A stretch of 57,976 nucleotides of DNA, taken from contig CANMLD010000005.1 of NCBI GenBank assembly GCA_947498315.1, positions 1 to 57,976 on the forward strand. Reading direction: 5' to 3'. The translations under genes were made by a program, and so were the position numbers. Of this stretch, positions 8,683 through 16,700 are shown piece after piece (the stretch's first letter is position 1; every line of letters starts with the position of its first letter). The notes beneath the pieces are model-generated. The model saw only the letters and a program-made list of their open reading frames with translations, had not been told where the DNA came from and made no database searches. This DNA is from Pseudomonadota bacterium (GTDB lineage Bacteria > Myxococcota_A > UBA9042 > GCA-2863065).

Positions 8683-10896
8683 GTGAGGCCCCGGAGGGCA
8701 GAGCCGATCGTTCGGGTCGGGGTAGCCTTCGGGCTGATGGCGGTGTTCGCTCTCGGGACGGGCGGGCCGGCCGCGGCCTTGACGCTCACGAAGGTCTCTG
8801 AGACATCCGTTGTCACCGGGATCACGCGACTCCACTACACGACCACCAGCCCGACGACCCACACATGGGTGGTCGTGGTCGACCTATGTAGCGATCGCGT
8901 GCACGTCGCCACGACGAAAGCGCCCAACGCGACCCAGACGCCGGCGACCTGGGGGGCCTCGCAGGGCGTGCGATTGGCGGTCAACGGCGACTTTTACAAG
9001 ACGGGTCCGGTGAGGGTCTACGGTGACGCAGTCGGCGACGGGAACCCATGGCCGGTGTCGCAGACGGGACTTGCTGCGGGCAACTCCACGGAGTGGTTCT
9101 ACAAAGATTATGGGTGGATCGCCTTCGGCCATGATTGGGTCGACTTCACGCACACCAAACAGGTGAAGAACACGTCGGCGACCGCGACCGGCTGGAAGCC
9201 CGATACGGTCGCGCCGGAGATCCGGCCCGGCACACTCTCACTCGTCAGCGGCTTCCCCGAGGTCGTCATCGACGGAGCGGCAGTGACCTGCGCCGACCCG
9301 ACCGCGACGACCTGTTTCCCCGACCGCAGCGACATGCGCGCGAGGCATCCGCGTACGGCGATCGGCCTCACGGCCGACAGGCAGACGCTCATCCTAGCTG
9401 TCGTCGACGGTCGCACGGCGACATCGAAGGGCATGTACGGTACCGAGCTGGCGTCACTCATGAAACAGCTCGGTTCGGATGTCGCGTTCAATCTCGACGG
9501 CGGCGGGTCCAGCCAGCTGTGGGTGAACGGAACGGGGACCGTCAACGACGCTGATGGCAACAACAACGGCAACGGCCTGCGGCCCGTCGCGAACCACCTC
9601 GGCATCCATGGAGGTACAACGACCGGCTGGCCGCTGCGGCCCGGGCACTGTGTCGCAGAGCCTCCTTGCGGCCTCATCGGCCCGGGCGGCGGCATCGTCG
9701 ACAACCTCGACGAGTGCTTCCAGACCTTTGGCCCCGCTCAGTATTGGCGGACGGAGAAAGCGGGGTATGGGGGACAGCTGCGCTGGACGAACGCGTCGTC
9801 CGGGACGGTTCCCTACAACTGGGCTTGGTGGCAGCTGACCTTCGAGGAGGCAGGTCAGTACCGCATTGAGTACTACGCCACCCCGTCCTGGTCGTTGTTT
9901 AAGAATGTGCACTACGGGATCCGGACGGCGGACGGGCTCACCGAGAAGACCATCAACCCGACGGAAGAGTTGGGCTGGACCGCACTCGAGGAGGTGAGCT
10001 TCGCGGCCGGCGGTGGCCAGTGGGTCGCGGTCTACGACGACGCGGGCGGAACGGTCGCGGCGGGCCAGCACCTGACGGCGGACGCCATCCGTCTCGTGCG
10101 CCTCGACCCCTGGTGCGGCGACACCATCTGTAACGGCACCGAGACATGCACCGGCTGCGAGGGCGACTGCGGACCCTGCGAGAGCTGCGGCAATGGCACC
10201 TGCGCGACGAGTGAAGGCTGCGAGGCGTGCCCGCAGGACTGCGGACCCTGCGAGACATGCGGCAATGGCATCTGCGCGGCCAACGAAGGGTGCGACGGGT
10301 GTCCAGAGGATTGCGGAGCCTGCGTTGGATGCGGGGACGCGAACTGCACGGGGAGCAGCGAGGGGTGCGCGGACTGCCCCGACGGCTGCGGGGCTTGTAG
10401 CCCGTGTGGGGACGGCGAGTGCGGCGGTGACGAGGGGTGCCTCACGTGCCCCGACGACTGCGGACTCTGCCCATCGCCTCCCGATCCGGGGAGCGACGCG
10501 GTAGCCGAAGCGGAGGGGGAGCCGGACGCCACGGCGGCCGACGATGAGCCCTTTGACGTTCTGGTCGCGTTCGACGCCCGCGGGGACGCGGACCACGCCG
10601 AACCCGGTCTCGACACCGGGAACCGACTCCAGGACGCCACTCATGCCTCGCAGGACGACGACGTCTCGGCGGTCGACGAGCTCGCCGACGTCCGCGCCCC
10701 CGCAGGGACGGTCGGTGACACCCCTTCGGGTCCCACCCCAGCCCGTGGCTATCCTGCGGCGGCGGACCCCGGGTGTGCTCAGACCATCGGTTCCGGCCCC
10801 GCAGGTTCCCGGACAACTCCCTCGTGCGGCCTCGTCCTGGCGCTCGGTTCCTTGTTCTGGGCCCTGCGCCGCCGCGCCCCGGCTCGACCGGCCTGA
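8683..10896 (+). CDS. Phosphodiester glycosidase (NAGPA-like) family protein with a golvesin-like beta domain, Cys-rich repeats and a C-terminal MYXO-CTERM-like anchor
   Basis: Signal peptide ending PAAA; AVNGDFY, RHPRTAIG, VVDGR, AFNLDGGGSS; ADAIRLV; CGNGxC...CPxDCG repeats; tail GCAQT...GLVLALGSLFWALRRR. The start (GTG 8683) is inferred. Confidence 0.85.
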   Translation: MRPRRAEPIVRVGVAFGLMAVFALGTGGPAAALTLTKVSETSVVTGITRLHYTTTSPTTHTWVVVVDLCSDRVHVATTKAPNATQTPATWGASQGVRLAVNGDFYKTGPVRVYGDAVGDGNPWPVSQTGLAAGNSTEWFYKDYGWIAFGHDWVDFTHTKQVKNTSATATGWKPDTVAPEIRPGTLSLVSGFPEVVIDGAAVTCADPTATTCFPDRSDMRARHPRTAIGLTADRQTLILAVVDGRTATSKGMYGTELASLMKQLGSDVAFNLDGGGSSQLWVNGTGTVNDADGNNNGNGLRPVANHLGIHGGTTTGWPLRPGHCVAEPPCGLIGPGGGIVDNLDECFQTFGPAQYWRTEKAGYGGQLRWTNASSGTVPYNWAWWQLTFEEAGQYRIEYYATPSWSLFKNVHYGIRTADGLTEKTINPTEELGWTALEEVSFAAGGGQWVAVYDDAGGTVAAGQHLTADAIRLVRLDPWCGDTICNGTETCTGCEGDCGPCESCGNGTCATSEGCEACPQDCGPCETCGNGICAANEGCDGCPEDCGACVGCGDANCTGSSEGCADCPDGCGACSPCGDGECGGDEGCLTCPDDCGLCPSPPDPGSDAVAEAEGEPDATAADDEPFDVLVAFDARGDADHAEPGLDTGNRLQDATHASQDDDVSAVDELADVRAPAGTVGDTPSGPTPARGYPAAADPGCAQTIGSGPAGSRTTPSCGLVLALGSLFWALRRRAPARPA

Positions 10897-11284
10897 CTTG
10901 CCGGGCGGCGCGCGCTGATTCGGCCTCGCAGGAGCCTCCGAGAGGGATGGAGCGCAGCCGGACTTCGGGCACTTGCGCGCCTGGGCAGCTACCCCCCGGC
11001 CGGTCCGCTCGTGCGGACTTACCGCCGTACCTCTAGCGGCATTGGCGGCAACGATCTGATCATGTTGTGGACTGGAACCAACGACGACACCATCGCCTCT
11101 CACTACGTGTTGCTGCACCCGGGCGACGCGGGCTCGCCCGACGACGACGACCCGGAGCTCCTGGACCGGGCAATGCCGGCGAACGCCACCTATCCTCGGC
11201 GACACGACTGTTGCGGTTCATGATCCGACGATGCTCCTCGTACTGCTCCCACGTGATGTGACCATCATTCGCCCGTCCACCGGG

Positions 11285-11575
11285 TGACGGCCGAGCCCGT
11301 GCTCGTGCCTGATCCGGCAGACGCCCTCCGTGCTGACCATGCAGGCGCACACCGGCGCCTCCGGACGGCACTCCCGGCCAAAGAGGCGGCAATCGGTCGG
11401 CTGGAGTTGGCCGGTCATGATAACGCTGCACCGGCAGTCGGCGGCGTTGGCGCGTTCGCTCACGGGGGGGCCGCCGCGAGCTCGGCAGCTCACCTCGCGG
11501 CGGGCGCGCTCCACCACCCGCTCGAGGCGCGCCTGCAGCGCACGCCCGCGCTCGAGGTCACGGAACGTCAGGAAC
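11285..11575 (-). pseudogene. hypD: hypD (hydrogenase maturation) remnant with N- and C-terminus fused by a large internal deletion
   Basis: LTFRDLERGRALQARLERV resembles the HypD N-terminus (FRDP..A..L). CRCSVIMTGQLQPTDCRLFGRECRPEAPVCACMVSTEGVC matches the HypD C-terminal [4Fe-4S] Cys motif. About 100 aa versus about 360 aa expected. Confidence 0.7.
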
Positions 11576-11791
11576 GGTCTAAGTCGATTTAGGTGCCATG
11601 GCCGATCTGGCACTCTACGGCGGATAGGGCCTTCGATTGACTTCGCCATCCAGACTCAGCGAGACGCGGGGGCCCGAAGGCCCGCGGTATCACCCATCGT
11701 GTGGACTTGAACGACTCCGCACGAGGATGGCCGGCGTGCGGGCAGGCGCGGTGAGCGCCGTTCGGGGCAAGTCCTGAACGACCACGATGGG

Positions 11792-12356
11792 GCATTGGCC
11801 CCGAACCGGTCTCACGCTCTTTGGGGCACCGGGCCCTCACACAGTGCTGGTTTCGAGTTGGCGGGGACGCTCTCGGCTCACGCCGGCTGGCGCGGACGGC
11901 GTAGAGGAAAGCACTACCGGACCTTCGAACAAGGGCCTTCGAACAAGGACCGCCGAACTCGACCTCGAACTCGACGCGTCGGTTCTGCTTCAGAGCCGCG
12001 GGTGCGTCCGAATCTACGAGTGGTTTGGCCTCACCGAAGCCACGCTGCTCGAGGAGCGACGCCGAGATCCCCTTGTTCACGAGGAACTCGTAGACCTGGA
12101 GCGCACGGCAGCGGCGTACGTCCAAAGATCTCGAACCCGAGATCGATGCGCCCGATGATGGCCGCGACGTCGAGCCCGAGGCCGTACGTGAGCTCGTGGC
12201 CGAAGTCTCGGCCGACGAAGCTGACCTCCTCCGTGCGGATTCGAGTGCCGACGTTCAGGGCGAGTGCGACGCGCTCACTGCGGTAGTCGGTGATGAGCCC
12301 AGCGAGGACGCCGAAGCCGGGGTCGCCCATGAACTTCTCTCCATCACCAGTCGGCG
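11792..12356 (-). pseudogene. Degenerate duplicate of the 3' end of the giant OmpA gene plus its downstream flank, with an internal deletion and a 14-bp duplication
   Basis: 11792-12109 aligns to 13588-13891, and 12110-12356 aligns to about 14695-14941. There is an extra ccttcgaacaaggg near 11922-11949. Confidence 0.9.
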
Positions 12357-12391
12357 GAAGCGCTCCCCCAAGTGACGTTTGGACGAGGCAC

Positions 12392-12778
12392 TCACTCCGA
12401 CAGTGCACGCAACGACGCTGCAATCTGGGCCTTGGTGCTTTCTCCCTTGGCAACGGCCATCGTGAGCTCATAGACGGCCTCGGTGCCGGTCTCGATGGGC
12501 GAGCCGTTCAACTCGAGGAACACGAGCGCCGCGGCGAGTCCGATCCGCTTGTTGCCATCGACGAAGGCGTGGTTCTGAACGAGATGGAAGTGGTACGCAG
12601 CAGCCATCTCGAACAGATCGTTGTGAACGAACTGCCCTGCGAAAGAGGCCTGTGCCTGTGCTACGGCAGATTCCACAAGCGCCGCGTCGCGCAAGCCCGG
12701 GCTGCCGCCAAAGCGCTCGATCTGGAAGGCATGAATCGCGATCACGTCCTCGACGGTGAGGAACACTGGCTCGTTCAC
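12392..12778 (-). CDS. doc: Death-on-curing (Doc/Fic) family toxin
   Basis: GLRDAALVESA and HAFVDGNKRIG (Doc-type HxFxDGNKR); 128 aa; 4-bp overlap with the antitoxin. Confidence 0.92.
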   Translation of the reverse strand: MNEPVFLTVEDVIAIHAFQIERFGGSPGLRDAALVESAVAQAQASFAGQFVHNDLFEMAAAYHFHLVQNHAFVDGNKRIGLAAALVFLELNGSPIETGTEAVYELTMAVAKGESTKAQIAASLRALSE

Positions 12779-12999
12779 TTCGCGAGCTTCTCGAAAGCGG
12801 AGGCGTGGCGTTCGGCGACTCGGAGAGAGGCGGCGCGGACGCGTTCACTGTGAGAGTCGCGCAGTGGGCGAATGATGAGTGCGTCGCCGTCAGTGCTGAT
12901 GTCGAGCGTTGTGTCCTTATCGATGCGCAGCAGCTCGAGCACCGGCCTGTCGATGATCAGTCCGAGGCTGTTGCCAACGACGCTAAGCTTCTTCTGCAC
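12775..12999 (-). CDS. AbrB/MazE-fold antitoxin
   Basis: KLSVVGNSLGLII...LIIRP, ending AFEKLAK; GGAGG RBS; immediately upstream of doc. Confidence 0.88.
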   Translation of the reverse strand: MQKKLSVVGNSLGLIIDRPVLELLRIDKDTTLDISTDGDALIIRPLRDSHSERVRAASLRVAERHASAFEKLAK

Positions 13000-13028
13000 T
13001 GTAACCTCCGGCGGCGACCTGTTGGAGT

Positions 13029-13070
13029 GTCGTCATAACTAGGTTATAACGACTCGGCGTGAGCATGCAA
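13029..13070 (-). promoter_or_regulatory. Sigma70-like promoter of the TA operon (TTGCAT-N16-TATAAC) overlapped by a 25-bp palindrome (likely antitoxin operator)
   Basis: Minus-strand TTGCAT at 13070-13065 and TATAAC at 13048-13043. gtcgtcataac-tag-gttataacgac (13029-13053) is an 11-bp-arm inverted repeat with one mismatch. Confidence 0.7.
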
Positions 13071-13419
13071 CACTGCCCGCCATTGTGCGCCCCTCCCGTC
13101 ACCCCGAATCCGTCGCTGTTGTGGGGCTACGTGGGGGGAGACGAGGCGACGATCTCGACCTTCACCTCCGATGCGTCGCCTCGGCACTCCGCGAGGTCGC
13201 TACTTCGGACCTCCCAGACGGGCACGGCCTCCTTCGGGGGGAGCTCGTCGTCTCGGTCCCGGAACTTCCGGACCCAATCGACGAACGCCGCCACGACGGC
13301 GGGCGGCCGCTTCTTTAGGGAGGATCGCCTTCGGGCTCGGCTTCGCGGCGTCACGCGTGAACAGCAAGTCATCATTTGGAACTTCAACGAGAATCAACCC
13401 GGCTCGCCTTGCCGGGACG

Positions 13420-13579
13420 ACGTCGCGGAGAACTCTGGACTGCCTCGGCGACGCCGCTCGGTACCGTTTCCCGAGTGGTCACGTTCCTCAAGGCGGAGGA
13501 CATGCTCACGCGGGACGCGCAGAAGCGAGTCGTCGCCGTGGACATGCAGGCGCTGCTCGGGCGGTGGTCGCAGGACTAA
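13420..13579 (+). pseudogene. Fragment resembling a winged-HTH AbiEi-like (type IV TA antitoxin) regulator
   Basis: SATPLGTVSRVVTFLKAEDMLTRD..KRVVAVDMQALLGRWSQD then a stop; no credible start. Confidence 0.4.
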
Positions 13580-13709
13580 GAACTCACGCATGGACCCCGA
13601 ACCGGTCTCACGCCCTTGCGGGCACCGGGCCCTCACGCAGTGCTGGCTTCGAGTTGGCGGGGTGGCTCTCGGCGAGCGCCGGCTGGCGTGAACTGCGTAG
13701 AGGGAAGCT

Positions 13710-16700
13710 CTACCGCACCTTCGAACAAGGACCGCCGAACTCGACCTCGAACTCGACGCGTCGGTTCTGCTTCAGAGCCGCGGGTGCGTCCGAGTCTACG
13801 AGTGGTTTGGCCTCACCGAAGCCACGCCGCTCGAGGAGCGACGCCGAGATCCCTTTGTTCACGAGGAACTCGTAGACCTGGAGCGCACGGCGGAGGCTGA
13901 GATCGTAGTTCTGCGCGTCGGTGCCTTCGACGCTCGCATGGCCCGAGACGAAGACGTGGAGGAGCGGCGTCTCGTTGTTGACCTGGTACGCGGCGATGGC
14001 GTCAGCGACGTCGTTCAGCGTCGACTGTGACTCGGCGGAGAGCAGGTCTCGGGCCCTCTCGAAGTAGGCTCGGCCGAGCTGGAGACGGCACTGGACGATC
14101 GTCTTGGCGACGGCCACGGTGACTTCGTCCGGGCAGCCGTCGCGGTCCTCGAAGCCGTTGACGGTCTCGGGCTTCTCGGTGCACGCGTCGGCAGAGTCAA
14201 GGATGCCGTCGTGATCGTTGTCGAGCTCGGGGCAGCCGTCCTGGTCCTCGTAGGCGTCGAGATCCTCACGGTCGTTCGGGCAGAGGTCGCGTGCGTCGGC
14301 GATACGGTCGCCGTCGATGTCGCCGTCCGGGCAGCCGTCGTCGTCGTCGATGCCGTTGTTGTCCTCCGGATCGAGTGGGCACTTGTCCGCGACGTCGAGG
14401 AGGTTGTCGCTATCGTTGTCGAGCTCGGGGCAGCCGTCATCGTCGCCGAAGCCGTCCTTGTCTTCGGCCGAGAGCCGGCAGTCGTCCTCGGTGTCGAGGA
14501 TGCCGTCGCCGTCGCTGTCATCATGGCTGGGGGCCCACATCAGGCCGGCGGTGAAGCGGAAGTCCGGCGCGCCGTAGCCTTCGATGAGGCCAGCGCCGAC
14601 GGCGACCTCGAGCCCGAGCCCATCGACGATCCACCACTTCGGCCCCGCGAGCAGCTCGAGGGTCGTATCCTCGACGCTGGAGAAGGGGTCGAGCAGCGGC
14701 GTACGCCCAAAGATCTCGAACCCGAGATCGATGCGCCCGACGATGGCCGCGACGTCGAGCCCAAGGCCGTAGGTGAGCTCGTGGCCGAAGTCCCGGCCGA
14801 GGAAGCTGACCTCCTCTGTTCGGATGCGAGTGCCGACGTTCAGGGCGAGTGCGACGCGCTCACTTCGGTAGTCGGTGATGAGCCCAGCGAGGACGCCGAA
14901 GCCCGGGTCGCCCATGAACTTCTCTCCATCGCCGGTCGGCGCGGTCATACCGAGGAGCAGACCGAGGCCGAAGCCGCCCACGCGGTTGTCGACGATGGTC
15001 CCCCGCAGTCGCACCGAGAGGTCGCCGAGTCCGGCACCGGTGAGCGGCGCAATCGCCGTCACGCCGTCGCCGCTGCCGGTGGTCAGGATGAGCGGGAGCC
15101 CGACGTCGAGCTGAAGCACGTCCCAGAGGCCAATACCGAGGTTGACGTCCGCGATGGACTGAAAGTCGACGATCGACTGCTCGTTACTGCCCACGACGAG
15201 CCGCAAGCTCTGCCTCTCGCCGTGGAAGCGGAGGTGCCCGTACGGCTGCCACTTCGGGGCGACCAGGCTCTGCTCGACCGAGAAGGACCGGAAGCGTCCA
15301 CCCGCGGGCCAGAAGTTCTCGATGTTTACGTTGCCGACGGCCTGCTGGGCCGACGCCGCGTCCGGCAGGCAGAACGCGACGACGAGCAGCGTGCCCGCGT
15401 GGCGAGCTGTGCTGAAACGACGACGACGCAAAAGGAGCGAGAGGGCGACCAGGGCGAGGAGCGCCACGCCGAGGCCGGTGCGCCCACGCGCCCCCGTCCC
15501 GCTTGCAAGATCGCAGCGGAACACGTTGTCACCCGACACGATGGCCTTCGAGAAGTCGTCGTCCGTCACCTTGGGGTCGGTATCGTTGTCGAGCTCGTCT
15601 CCGTCACCGACGCCGCCGCCGTCCGTGTCGAACTTCGTCGGATCCGTCCCGTGAACGTCGAGCTCGAGCTTGTCACTGATGCCATCGCCATCGGTGTCGG
15701 CGCGCGTCGGATCCGTGGGCGAGATCGATGTGCAATCGCGCTCATCAGCCGTGGCTCCCTTACACGGATCCGTCTCCACTATGTCGGGGAGCCCGTCACC
15801 ATCGGTGTCGAGTCGACCGTCCTGCGGGTCGAGCGGATCGGACTCCCCCGCGTCGACGCGGCCATTGCCGTCCTTGTCTTCACCGCCGTCGGTGAGCCCA
15901 TCGTCATCCGTGTCGGCGTTCTTCGGGTCCGTGGTGGCCTTTGGGTCGGCGTCCGGGATGAAGGCTCCCGCGTCGGTGTCAGAGGTGCCCACGGTCTCTC
16001 CGACCTCGGTCCCGTCACCCACGCCGTCGCCATCGGTATCGGCGACGGTCGGTGAGGTTCGCGTCGCAGAGACCTCGAGGCCGTCGGCCAGCCCGTCGTC
16101 GTCGGTGTCCGCGTCGAGAGGATCCGTCCCAAAGGTGTCTTCGGCGTCATCGCTGAGGCCATCACCATCGTCGTCAAGGTCAGCACAGTCGAGAAGCGAG
16201 TCGCCATCGGTGTCAACGACGCCCTGCGCCGGGGGCGTGTCGTCCTTCGAGAGCGGGTTCGTCCCGCAGACGGCTTCGGAGACATCGAGGACGCCATCGC
16301 TGTCATCGTCGTCGTCCGCACAGTCGAGCAGGTCGTCGCTGTCCGTGTCGACGAGCTCGTCGAGGCTCGGCGAGTCCGACGCGTCGAGCGGCGCCGTTCC
16401 ACACAGCGCTTCGACGCCATCGGCGATCCCGTCGCCGTCGCTGTCCACTTCGGCTCCGTCGCACTTCCCGCTCCCGTCCTTGTCTACCGGAGTGGAGGTC
16501 GCGTCGGTTGGGTCGGTGCCGCACTGGCGCTCGACACCATCGTCGGAATCGTCGCCGTCAGTGTCCTTTCGAAGCGGGTTCGTCTCGTCCGAGTCGGCTC
16601 GTCCGTCGCGATCGCGATCTTCGATGGCGTCGCTGAGACCGTCGCCATCGGTGTCAGACTTCGTCGGATCGGAGCCTTGGCACGCGGTCGCTACCCCGTC

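Noticed and set aside
9454-11205. 583-aa minus-strand ORF
   Set aside because: Antisense shadow of the phosphodiester glycosidase gene.
11665-11686. GC hairpin cgcggg-ggcccgaagg-cccgcg as a terminator
   Set aside because: There is no U-tract and no clear intact gene ends there; such hairpins are common at this GC content.
11792-13891. Diversity-generating retroelement (TR/VR pair at a gene's 3' end)
   Set aside because: Mismatches between the copies are not adenine-specific, are concentrated in the non-coding flank, and no reverse transcriptase is present in the window.
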